64,000 nucleotides of DNA, from NCBI GenBank assembly GCA_965249485.1, contig OZ252239.1, forward strand, positions 3,360,001-3,424,000, read 5' to 3'. Below, piece after piece: positions 24,378 through 34,458 of the stretch. The notes beneath the pieces were generated by a model, which did not search any database, had not been told where the DNA came from, and worked only from the letters and a program-made list of their open reading frames with translations. The number at the start of each line of letters is the position of its first letter. Position 1 is the stretch's first letter. The translations under genes and the position numbers were made by a program. This DNA is from a bacterium (lineage in GTDB: Bacteria > SM23-31).

Positions 24378-24476
24378 TAGGTACATTTTAGGCACAATCC
24401 TATGTGTTAAGTAAGTGTAAACTATTGTAGTTATTGGATATTTTTGGAATGTGTGGATAGGTTCGCGTCCTACCAG
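24378..24476 (+). repeat. att relic A (TAGGYACA x2 + tRNA T-arm fragment)
   Basis: Colinear similarity to 33260-33362. Confidence 0.65.
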
Positions 24477-24662
24477 AAAAGCTGCTAACATATTACACTA
24501 ATAATTTCTCAATAAATACATATTTACTCTTGAAAATATAATTTTTGCACACTTTATCCTCACTACTGTTTCATATAACTATAATAACCTGAAACCTATT
24601 CCTGTTGTAAAATCAACGGAATTCTCCTCGTTGTAAATGCTCGTTTTCTCCATACTAGTGTG

Positions 24663-25124
24663 TTAATTGAAGATCAATTGAATAAATAAATCATATAAAT
24701 AGGTAATAATATTCTGAAAAGATTCAGGTATATTAGCTTTATGTGGAGCATACACTCTAACGGTTTCGGTTTTTCCTTCATATATATAGACTATTCTATG
24801 ACGATCTCCATCAAAAATACTTCCATCTGGGAAATAATCCGGATCATACTGAGAAAAATTGCTGAACAATTGAATGAGGGAATCCTGCTGAGTAGTAGTC
24901 ACAATACCCTGCGAAACTTCTCCTGACCAATCTGTTGTTTGAACTGTTCCGTCGCCAAATATATCAAGCCTCAGAGTTTCTCCTGTAAATCCAACAGTTA
25001 AAGTATAATGGATTTAAATTTTCGAGAACTCTTCAGGTTCCGTTGGAAATATCTCGCTGCAAAAATTAAGTACTGAAAATAAGCAAAGACAAGCAAGTAT
25101 ACACCATACATTTAAACGTTTCAT
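24663..25124 (-). pseudogene. secreted/lipoprotein gene with in-frame stop
   Basis: MKRLNVWCILACL... from 25124 is in frame with ORF 24663..24902; TAA at 25014-25016. Confidence 0.65.
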
Positions 25125-25451
25125 CTCATTTGATCCCCCAAATGCAAAAGAATATTCAATACATTCCACCAGATATGCTAACCCCCTATCACATATCCAA
25201 TATCATAGATTTAATTATTGAAAGCAAAAACTATTCCAGTAATAATCGGGATTTTACAACATCATAACAAGTAAATAAACAATAGCTTACTATTTATCCC
25301 TACTCAGTCATTGTGAAATATAGTGCAATAATTTGCACTGCAAAATGGTGCATGTGGCTGATTCAGAGAGGGGTACTCATTTATTTACTATGATTTTAAT
25401 TCTATCTCACGTTCCCATACATGATTTTATATTGCTGCACAGTATACAAAG

Positions 25452-25486
25452 AAGGCGGGATACATTAAGAATTGCATCCCGCCTCT
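25452..25486. terminator. stem-loop, probable terminator
   Basis: AGGCGGGAT...ATCCCGCCT downstream of the minus-strand operon. Confidence 0.5.
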
Positions 25487-25598
25487 ATGCTTTTAACATG
25501 GTTATTAAAAGTTACTTAACCAACACCATCCGTTTTGTCAGCCGCTTACGAAGTCGATTCTTATTGTGTTTCAGAAGATTTTTGTTACTAATCCAAAC

Positions 25599-26207
25599 TT
25601 ATTGGAAAGGAATTTTCACTTCTATTTGTACCATATTATTCACCGGGTTAATGGACATTTCCTGATTTGGTTTATCTAAACTTCTCAAATCCAGTTCTTC
25701 CCACCTGGGTATTCTTGATCCGATGAATTTTCCTATTACAAACGATAGAGGGAGGACAAAGAATATACTTGCAATAGCACTATAGTCAAAAGTACCAAAT
25801 GAAAATTCGCTACCACTTGATGTATCGGTTTCATTATCCCGCAAAAGATATAATAACACTATAACTCCACCAACTGCTCCAATAGCACCTCCAGCGGTTC
25901 CAAATGTTTTATTACTGTATCGTAGCGACTGAATATCATTCAAGAGATAAACGGACTTCTTATCCAAATAGGAAAAAGATACCGTACCTGCCGATTTGGA
26001 GAGAACTGCTCTCCTTCCATTGACTGTTGTGCCGTTTTGCAGCATGAGCTCGACCTTCTTGAATTGCAGTGAGTCCACATTAGAGGCACTCAACCTCTCC
26101 CGGAATTGCGCATCGGATCCGGCGTTCATCGTTTTCACCGTTGAGCAGGAAAACGACAGGAGAGATACCACTACCATGATCCAAACAGCAATCTTTTCCA
26201 ATCTCAC
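25599..26207 (-). CDS. hypothetical lipoprotein
   Basis: Lipobox-like SFSC; glycine-rich hydrophobic segment. Confidence 0.7.
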   Translation of the reverse strand: MRLEKIAVWIMVVVSLLSFSCSTVKTMNAGSDAQFRERLSASNVDSLQFKKVELMLQNGTTVNGRRAVLSKSAGTVSFSYLDKKSVYLLNDIQSLRYSNKTFGTAGGAIGAVGGVIVLLYLLRDNETDTSSGSEFSFGTFDYSAIASIFFVLPLSFVIGKFIGSRIPRWEELDLRSLDKPNQEMSINPVNNMVQIEVKIPFQ

Positions 26208-26284
26208 CTATCTCCCTCTATGACTCATTGTATATGTTATTAAATATGACAATATTGACAATTCTTACACATATGTACCTACAA

Positions 26285-26845
26285 TTATTTACTGATCTCG
26301 TATGCTATCGTCGCGAATACCGGCCCTCCCAAATACACTCCCGCACTTCCTATTTGTTTTCCTACAATTACGCCGGTTATTCCACCTAAAAAGGTTAGCA
26401 ATGAAGAGCCTGACTGGTTTTGTACTTTGCCAGCCTGGAGTACACCCAGCGTACTGCCTATCATGAATATATACTGTGCCGGATTATCGATCTTTCCTGA
26501 TTTGGTAAAATCGTCTCTGTCCCAAAACGCATCTTGAATAAGCAAGCACCAGAAAGCACCGAGTACAACTTCATATCCTAAACCTATCGCAGCCTTCATC
26601 ATTGAACTTTTCGTAGCAGACGGTGGTGTATCTTCATTTTCATTATAATAGTGTGCAGGGATGATTGTATCAGCATTGATGTGGTAATTCACTACATCGT
26701 AATTGCTGGGGAACGTTTCAGTTTTGTATACGTACTGGGCGTATATCGATCCCGGTACAATTACACAACAGCTTATTAATAAATATTCAATTACGATTGT
26801 AGAAAAAATATATTTCATTTCATTATTAATTATGGATTTACCCAA
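26285..26845 (-). CDS. hypothetical exported/membrane protein
   Basis: 186-aa ORF with glycine-rich helices; start probably MKYIF. Confidence 0.6.
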   Translation of the reverse strand: MGKSIINNEMKYIFSTIVIEYLLISCCVIVPGSIYAQYVYKTETFPSNYDVVNYHINADTIIPAHYYNENEDTPPSATKSSMMKAAIGLGYEVVLGAFWCLLIQDAFWDRDDFTKSGKIDNPAQYIFMIGSTLGVLQAGKVQNQSGSSLLTFLGGITGVIVGKQIGSAGVYLGGPVFATIAYEISK

Positions 26846-28309
26846 GTAATAGTATGAAATGTCCCATTACTATTTCCAAATCCATTATGAGAACTATTTT
26901 CAGTAAACGCTTTCCATTCATGACTTATACCACCATGTGAAGGTACATGTGGTGCTCCTGTACCTGTAACAGCATTATTCCAACCTTGACCACACCTCCC
27001 TCTGAAACCAAGCCATTCTTTGCTATTTCCAGGCGGCAATATAGCATGCGTAGGATAGGAATAACCATGAATAGAATACGGGGATTCATCACCTGTTTCG
27101 CCTAATTTTTCGAGATAATCATAATTAAAATACTCAGTGTTTTCGTCTAAAATATAGTCTACTTCATCTTTATAATCATCAAAAACAATAATACCAAAAG
27201 CATCTATCACAACTCTATAAACTAAATCACCATGAAAATAACTTGCATGAGCATTAGAAGCAATAACAATTAATGGATGTTCATATGTGGTTGTATAACC
27301 GTTATTGGTATCTAAAAAATTAGGATTTTCTGCATTTGTTACCCATTTCCCATGCACCGAAGCAGTTTTTGTATGTCCACCTTCATGCTGATATAAATTA
27401 ATTTTATCAGGTGTAAATACATTTGTACTTGTATTCCTGGTCAGACGTATACTTATATGCTCCCAATCACCTTCATGCCAGGTATTATTATTAGTTTGGA
27501 GTCTGATATCATTCATATTGAACCAATACCAGTATTGCACGTAGTAATAATTACCACTTCGATACACATGATAATATAAAGGTGTTGAGCCTGGTGGTCC
27601 TCCATAATGAGCATCAGGTAATGTTAAATCTAACCAATAAAAAGTTGGCCCCGGAGGATTTGTAGTTGTCCAGCCATTTGAGTCCCAATTAGCCCCTCCC
27701 CAACGATGTGCATTTGTTACTCCATAATATGTATTTGTCTGTCCTGTAACTGTAGTGACTTTTAAATTAGAATAATTGTTAATAATGTATTCAAAATTCG
27801 ATAATCCTTGTTGAAGTTCCGGATGAGTTACATCATCACTTTCGATTAATACCGGTTTAAACTGTTCGGCTATATCCTCTTCGATACTATCAGGAATAAG
27901 ATCTTCATCAAGATCTGCTTCATTTTCTATTTGATACTGCGGGTAAATTGTATAAATACCCTCATCTAATCCTGATCTTCCGGATGAATACCATACGCTC
28001 CAATTACCGTCTAACCATATTTCCACCAATGAGTATATTTCACGTGAACCTTCAGGAATAGCGATATAGTTGTACGCCTCGCCGTTAACTATGCTATAGT
28101 CGTAGTGGTATGCTGCTACATGGGAATCGTCGACAGGTTCCCTGTATGTCATCCTTCAACCGAACCCAATTAACCTTACTGTCTATACTGCCTCCAGTCC
28201 ATTCAGAGTAAATATCCGTATATGCTCGAAATATCCAGGCAGCTTTACTTTCGGAATTATATCCAAATAATATCAAAATTGCTAATACAATTTCCAGTAT
28301 CCTTTTCAT
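26830..28309 (-). pseudogene. secreted Vps62/NPP1-like domain protein, +1 frameshift
   Basis: Signal peptide MKRILEIV (28309) joins MTYREPV if one G at about 28153 is removed; YYVQYWYWF.....HEGDWEHI motif. Confidence 0.65.
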
Positions 28310-28358
28310 TGGTCTATCCCGTTTAAAATTTTCAATTTTCCGATTTTTCAATGTCCGG

Positions 28359-29690
28359 TCATTTAACCAGGACCATCTTTTTAACTTCCTGAAACCTTAC
28401 ATTCTGTCCGGACGACGCTTCAACTCTGTAGAAATAGATACCGCTTGCGACGGTAATACCTCTGTCGTTTCTGCTGTCCCATTCCACGTGATGAGTCCCT
28501 GCAGGCTGTGTATCTGCTATTAGTTTCCGCACAACTTGTCCGGTCACATCTAAGATGGTGATATTGACAAGTGACTTTTCAATTATGGAGTATTGTATTG
28601 TTGTTGTAGGGTTGAACGGATTCGGATAATTTTGTTTTAATTCATATGTAGATGGCATAGCATCGAATCCTGCACCTGCTGTTGATTTTAAGAGCAGCGG
28701 TTTTGATTCTATGACGCCAACACTCGCCGCAGTGAGACTAACCGTATTGTCAAGATTATCCTCACCCTTACCGTTTGACAGAATTATGGAAAATTTTTCT
28801 GTGTCCCCTGCTTCCAGATCGATCGGTCCGGCACTGACAAGTATGGTGTAGATGTCATTTTTATTGTTAACTTTCTTGTGAGGTGTACCCTTGAGAAGCC
28901 GGTATCTTTCTTTATCATTCAATTTATCGGTTTCAGAGCCCCACCAGGCTATATTGACGGGGGCAGTCGATACCGGAACAACACTGTACAATGAGCCGGT
29001 GGAACCGTTCTCATGTGCAGCAACTATGTAAGGATTTCCCCCATTGTTCGAAAGATTAAAGCGTGTTTTCGAGTTTCTATATTCGCTTTCAATTCCCGGC
29101 GTTTCTATTTTTGCTGCCAGTCCGATATAGACGTCGGTTAGGGGTGCATTTTGATTTGTGTTTGAAACATCGAACTGAAGAAAAGCATTTTTCGAATTGG
29201 TATACGTTACAAGCTCTTGAGAGACTTCCAGACCAACAGGATTATGACCATCGAACTGGGAGACATCACCGTAGACCGTGGTTACACGGAACTGTTCAAC
29301 CGGAGCATTTGTGCTATCGATCTCAAACCGCTTGCCAAACCGTGGCAGTGGTCTCCATTCGGGCCGATTGGTCAGTTCATTACCATCGCCCGAAACAACA
29401 AACACGTCACCTGTATTATTTTTCCCGCCAATCCAGAGTGAAAACTCTGTTTTGAATTGTTGTGCACCGGGAGTTTTTGTCAGGTCGTGTGGTATTGTTC
29501 CCAGTAGCCCGTAGCTCTCCGGCGGGATCATCATTTCACCGACCAGCCCATAAATTCCTTTTGTTAAATTTACTGATTTTATGGGAGTATTCCCTTCAGG
29601 CGCATCTTGACTCTGATCGGAATAAAAACCGCTCGCCAGAAACACAGTGAATACTGTTAATACCAGGACAAGGATACTTTTTTTAGACAT
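28359..29690 (-). CDS. secreted protein with T9SS type A sorting / FlgD-Ig C-terminal domain
   Basis: Signal peptide; YELKQNYPNPFNPTTTI...VASGIYFY...KKMVLVK. Confidence 0.88.
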   Translation of the reverse strand: MSKKSILVLVLTVFTVFLASGFYSDQSQDAPEGNTPIKSVNLTKGIYGLVGEMMIPPESYGLLGTIPHDLTKTPGAQQFKTEFSLWIGGKNNTGDVFVVSGDGNELTNRPEWRPLPRFGKRFEIDSTNAPVEQFRVTTVYGDVSQFDGHNPVGLEVSQELVTYTNSKNAFLQFDVSNTNQNAPLTDVYIGLAAKIETPGIESEYRNSKTRFNLSNNGGNPYIVAAHENGSTGSLYSVVPVSTAPVNIAWWGSETDKLNDKERYRLLKGTPHKKVNNKNDIYTILVSAGPIDLEAGDTEKFSIILSNGKGEDNLDNTVSLTAASVGVIESKPLLLKSTAGAGFDAMPSTYELKQNYPNPFNPTTTIQYSIIEKSLVNITILDVTGQVVRKLIADTQPAGTHHVEWDSRNDRGITVASGIYFYRVEASSGQNVRFQEVKKMVLVK

Positions 29691-29883
29691 GGTACCCCTC
29701 CTTCTTTAAATGTAGAATAGTTGCAAGAATTTGTATTACTTACATTAAGAATCAACTTTATGGTGATACTATTTTCACAAAAATGTATTTGAATAAAGTT
29801 TTGAAACATTGAAATAATTCGTGAGGTTTATGTAGAGTACAAATTCAAATATTTCAATCGTACTTCATAGTTTCATACTTCAA

Positions 29884-30441
29884 TCACACTACTATTTCCT
29901 CCACTATCTTTTCTATGTTAACCGGCTTGAAGAGGACTCTTTCGGCACCGGCAGCCATGGCTATTTCAACGTTATCATCATTCCCATGGCCGGTAACTAT
30001 TAGCACTTTACAGTTTTTGGTTTGAGGATTGCTTTTAATATGACTACAGACTTTGAAACCGTCTACCCCGGGCATCATTAAATCAAGCAATACCACATCG
30101 GGTAATATACGTGACACTAGAGCCCCTGCTTCGAAACCATTATGTGCTGTTGCAACGTCGATGTTATACTGTGAAGAACGCAGCCCTTGTGCCAGGAGGT
30201 CACATGCATTCGGATCATCATCAACAATCATCACTTTGAATCTTTTCTGAATAATCTCATCGAAGAAGGGGATATTATTTTCCTTCATGAAATCAATAAG
30301 ATCGCCTTTGATTATTCTTTTATGACCTCCCGGTGTTTTATATGCTTTGAGCAAACCAGACTGGATCCATCTATTTATAGACATAAAACTTGTCTTACAT
30401 ATTTTTGCTGCCTGAGTTGTGGTTAATACGTCTAGTTCCAT
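29884..30441 (-). CDS. response regulator with N-terminal excisionase/MerR-like HTH
   Basis: LTTTQAAKIC...W...KTPGGHKRI followed by a REC domain (VDDD, LDLMMP, KP). Confidence 0.9.
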   Translation of the reverse strand: MELDVLTTTQAAKICKTSFMSINRWIQSGLLKAYKTPGGHKRIIKGDLIDFMKENNIPFFDEIIQKRFKVMIVDDDPNACDLLAQGLRSSQYNIDVATAHNGFEAGALVSRILPDVVLLDLMMPGVDGFKVCSHIKSNPQTKNCKVLIVTGHGNDDNVEIAMAAGAERVLFKPVNIEKIVEEIVV

Positions 30442-30743
30442 TACAATCCGTTTAAATTGTTGAATTTGTGTAAATTATATAGCAATTGTATTTAAATGTC
30501 AAGCTATTTTTCAAAGTAAGACGTTTAGTTAGGATTTTTAGAGGATGTGAGACAGAGGTGACAAATTAATCTCAAGAGAAATTTAGAATAGTTCATTTAA
30601 ACCATTTAAAGTTTATATGCCAAGATGTCTTCTTTGGATATATCGTTCATAATTTAAATGGTTATCCATTTGCCGGGTATTGAGCATATTGAAGAATTAA
30701 AACATGCATATAAACTATTGCAATGTACTACATACAGCGTACA

Positions 30744-31148
30744 TCAATCCTCCGAAGATTCAGATTGCTTTATGACTTTTTCTTTGTGCGACATATAAAC
30801 ATAAAAGAGGAACATCATAAGACCGGGTGATAAAAAGAAGAAGCCAGCTACAGCCATTCCTGCTTTTTCAAAGCTGTCAGACATATAGTAATGTCCACTA
30901 AGAAACGCTATGCCGATTCCAATCAGAAATAAACCAAATGCCAGATAGCGGGTTAGAATAATACGAGGAGCACGAGTAGTCCGCATCGATTCAAAATTTA
31001 ATTGAACATCGGTTTGTCCTTTTTCAATTATGGCCATTCGTTCTTTGTGCACAAGTTCACGCTGTTTAATGCGCGCTTTAATTATAAAATAGGCTATTAC
31101 AGAAATGCAGATGAACATAGTGATAAAAATTGGTACTTCAGAGTTCAT
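30744..31148 (-). CDS. DUF6249-like membrane protein
   Basis: HKERMAIIEKG motif; divergent from an ECF sigma gene. Confidence 0.75.
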   Translation of the reverse strand: MNSEVPIFITMFICISVIAYFIIKARIKQRELVHKERMAIIEKGQTDVQLNFESMRTTRAPRIILTRYLAFGLFLIGIGIAFLSGHYYMSDSFEKAGMAVAGFFFLSPGLMMFLFYVYMSHKEKVIKQSESSED

Positions 31149-31301
31149 TTTAATCTCTCCATATTTATGTGTATTTGGGTTTTTTTTGCTTTCTATTTGT
31201 ATAGAGTGACGAATTAATGGGAAAGTTTCAATTTTAATTAAAATTTAGTATTATGTAACAATATTTTCCATTGTCTACTCTAATTATAATGGGAGACAAT
31301 A

Positions 31302-31889
31302 TTGGCGCTGGAGAAAAAACTAGAAAAATTATTAATATACAAGTCGCAGAATGGAGATATTTCTGCGTTTACTCAAATAGTGAGGGAATATGAGCGACAG
31401 ATTTTTACGTTTGTCGTTAGGATTATTCCAGTACGCGAGGATGCCGAAGATATTACTCAGGAAGTATTCATTAAAGTTTATAAGGGACTAAAAACGTTTC
31501 GTGGCGATGCATCGTTTTCAACCTGGCTTTATACAATTACAAGAAATACGTGCTACCACTATTTACAAAAGAAGCGTCACCATATGATCTCATTAGATCG
31601 AGAAGAAGATATGGCAGGTTCTATTTCGATACTTTCAACTGATTTTGCTTCAGAAGCGATAGAAGCAAAAGAGGATTTTCAGATACTTGTTATGGACTGT
31701 TTAAAACGTCTACCGCACCAATATATTACGGTGGTGCAGTTGTACTATTATCAGCGGTTCCGGTACAAGGAAATATCCGATAGTCTCCAGATTCCATTGT
31801 CAACTGTCAAAATACATTTACACAGAGCTCTGAAAATGCTTCGGGAAAATGTATTGAAAAAATTAGAAAGTAGTACGGAGGATAGATAA
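31302..31889 (+). CDS. ECF RNA polymerase sigma factor
   Basis: AEDITQEVF, FSTWLY and STVKIHLHRA motifs. Confidence 0.92.
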   Translation: MALEKKLEKLLIYKSQNGDISAFTQIVREYERQIFTFVVRIIPVREDAEDITQEVFIKVYKGLKTFRGDASFSTWLYTITRNTCYHYLQKKRHHMISLDREEDMAGSISILSTDFASEAIEAKEDFQILVMDCLKRLPHQYITVVQLYYYQRFRYKEISDSLQIPLSTVKIHLHRALKMLRENVLKKLESSTEDR

Positions 31890-31891
31890 TT

Positions 31892-32446
31892 ATGCATATG
31901 CTCTGTGAAAATATACTGGAAATATACCATAAAGTACTGCGGGAGGAGGCTACCTCGGAGGAGATAGCATCACTGGACAAGCACAGAAACCAATGCGAAA
32001 CCTGCTATTTCACTTTGGACTGGGACAGGGATATTACTTCAGCATTATTGAGTGCCCCTCTTGAAGAACCCCGGAAAGATATTGCCTTAGCCGTACATGA
32101 ACAGCTTAAAAAGCACACTGTATCAGCCATACAGTTTTTCAATCGCATATATGCCGCCGTAATCTGTACCGCTGCGTTTGTGCTTTTTTATTGGTATGAA
32201 ATCTGGACAAGTGCGTTGCGATATATGAAGGGATGGACACTCAATTATGCACAATATGCAGTAAACAATGTCAATAAATTTATTAGTCCTGTATTGGAAG
32301 TAATTTCACCTAAAGTAATCAGCTCGATCTCTCCGGCTTACTATGCGGTGCTCTTTTTAGTTTTTCTTGGTGGAATTATATTGATAATATCTTATTTATT
32401 TATCCCGGAAGAGCCTCATTATTCAATTAAACAGTCTTTAAAATAA
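31892..32446 (+). CDS. anti-sigma factor (zf-HC2 type)
   Basis: HRNQCETC (HxxxCxxC) and TM helices; follows the sigma gene. Confidence 0.75.
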   Translation: MHMLCENILEIYHKVLREEATSEEIASLDKHRNQCETCYFTLDWDRDITSALLSAPLEEPRKDIALAVHEQLKKHTVSAIQFFNRIYAAVICTAAFVLFYWYEIWTSALRYMKGWTLNYAQYAVNNVNKFISPVLEVISPKVISSISPAYYAVLFLVFLGGIILIISYLFIPEEPHYSIKQSLK

Positions 32447-32461
32447 TATTCTGCTATTTAA

Positions 32462-32645
32462 TGAAGTACCGATTGATTACCGGTCTCATCGATACTGCAG
32501 CTGTGATACTTTTGGTATATCCGGCAAGCCACAGGGTTCGGACGCCACCTCAACCGCCACCAAAAACAAGATACCTTCATCAATAAATCACCGCTTAATC
32601 GCTGCATTTACTCCAGCAGATAAATCGTCACGATCATTACCAATG
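32462..32645 (-). pseudogene. decayed S9 (acylaminoacyl/dipeptidyl) peptidase fragment
   Basis: GNDRDDLSAGVNAAIKR*FIDE / LVFGGG*GGVRTLWLAGYTKSITAAVSMRPVIN, resembling the S9C region around GxSxGG. Confidence 0.55.
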
Positions 32646-33259
32646 AAGAGAATTGTATATCATTAAAAGCAAATAATATAGCTCTCTCTTTGTCATATTT
32701 CACTTCTGTTCCTATGATGACCTAAAACTCGTAATGTTTGACGTCATCAAAAAAATAATCCTTACTATCTATATATGACCGTTAATGAAACAGAGTAAAT
32801 CACATGTTCTTTCTCAATTACAAACATTTTGATATATACAAATATCACAAGTTGAAATAAACGAATATCTCATTTTTGCTTCTTTCATTCTTATAATTCA
32901 ACTAATACATTATTGCAAAAAAAAGCGAAGATAATATATATTAATTTGATTTAATTATTATAAAAACAGTAATGCTTTGACTTTATAGTCAATGATGCTG
33001 CCAAGGAAAAAGTATTGAGTAATAGTGTATTGAGACAAATGTAGGGATTTATAACAAATCGAAAAAAGTTAAAAGATACAATTAGTATTATCATTTTTTT
33101 TCTACACACCCACATGATAAGTTTTAAATAAGTTAGTAGTAAGGAAGTTTAAGACACTCTTCATCTACTGGTGATACTATTCGATTTTGCCTTGTTTTTC
33201 TTTTCTTATCCTCTAATAGTCTCTATTAATCTCTTGTATCCTGAATTTCTTGAAAAATT

Positions 33260-33362
33260 TAGGCACAATTTAGGCACAAATGTGGTATTAAAGATGTGTA
33301 GATTATTGTTTTTATTGACGTTTCTGAGAATAGCGTGATACGTTCGAGTCCTACCCGAGGAG
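33260..33362 (+). repeat. att relic B ending in tRNA-Asn-type 3' end
   Basis: TAGGCACAATTTAGGCACAA...GTTCGAGTCCTACCCGAGGAG. Confidence 0.7.
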
Positions 33363-33650
33363 TCATGCTGCTTTCAATTTAACAATACAGCTATCTCATT
33401 ATATTCCAGCAACAGAAATGACCTGCATTTGAGCTTAAATGTTCTACCTGGCCACATGCTTGTTAGGCAAGAGTAAAATGCTTTTGCTGGGTGCGGAATC
33501 TATAACAAAATATATTGATTCCCATTAGTATAGGGTGTCGTTAAATCTCATCCTGCTAATATCTATCTGATATCTCAGAAGCAAAACTAATAAAACACTT
33601 AAAATACTGGTTTTGTGTGGGGAACAATAATTACAGATAAAATAAATTAT

Positions 33651-34458
33651 GGTAATTAGGTCAAAAGCGACCTAAAGTGAATATTGATTAATAAATAGTA
33701 TAGTTTTTCGTTTCTGTAATTGTATCTAAATTCCATTTCCTTGAGGTACAATAGGAAATGATTTTTGCTAACACCATGGTATTTTAAGAGTCTTTCTTTT
33801 GCAAATGACCAGAAGCCCTCTAAACCGTTAATATGACGTCGTCCTTTAATAAAATATTTGTTATGATCGACAGTAAGATGTTTGCCAAAAAACTTCAGCG
33901 ATTTATACGATCGAAACTTATCAGTATAGAAAACACTTCCTTTTTCAGAATTGTCCCTGATCTCGTTCATCAATGTCTCGGCAGTTACATCATCAACAAC
34001 CGTAGTAAATATCTTCCCTTGACGCTCCAACATGCCGAAAACCTTTATTGTACCAGCACTTCCTCGACCCCGTATCCCTTTTCGCTTACCGCCAAAATAA
34101 CTCTCGTCACATTCGATTTCTCCAGAAAGTCTCTTAAATTCCTGGCTCAAAAAATCATAAATTTCTTGACGGTAAAGCATGTATTTTCCTCGTACCTTCT
34201 TGTATCCAAAACCAAGATCCCTCGCAGCTTTATTAGCAGGGATCTCAAGAGAAAAATAGTGCAAAATTGTCAGATCATCTTTGAACTTTGTAAAACTGTA
34301 TTTGTAAAAACAATCTCTACATTTATAACGATTGTCCCTCATCAGGTAAAGATGATTTCCGCCACATGTAGGACACTCTTTACCTTCAATAAATTTAATG
34401 ACTTCTTCTTCCATACCAAATATAATATAATACTTGGGTCGGAAATAACCTAATTACC
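33651..34458 (-). mobile_element. IS1595-family insertion sequence, 808 bp
   Basis: Imperfect TIRs GGTAATTAGGT.....CGACC at both ends enclosing the transposase. Confidence 0.9.
33656..34414 (-). CDS. IS1595 family DDE transposase
   Basis: CPTC..CRDC zinc ribbon; ECDESY, YTD...SY and HINGLEGFWS motifs. Confidence 0.95.
   Translation of the reverse strand: MEEEVIKFIEGKECPTCGGNHLYLMRDNRYKCRDCFYKYSFTKFKDDLTILHYFSLEIPANKAARDLGFGYKKVRGKYMLYRQEIYDFLSQEFKRLSGEIECDESYFGGKRKGIRGRGSAGTIKVFGMLERQGKIFTTVVDDVTAETLMNEIRDNSEKGSVFYTDKFRSYKSLKFFGKHLTVDHNKYFIKGRRHINGLEGFWSFAKERLLKYHGVSKNHFLLYLKEMEFRYNYRNEKLYYLLINIHFRSLLT

Noticed and set aside
33339..33365. Possible tRNA gene
   Set aside because: Only the T-loop and acceptor 3' strand are present; no D or anticodon arm. 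Treated as an att relic.
33833..34453. 206-aa ORF opposite the transposase
   Set aside because: Antisense shadow with no recognisable motifs.
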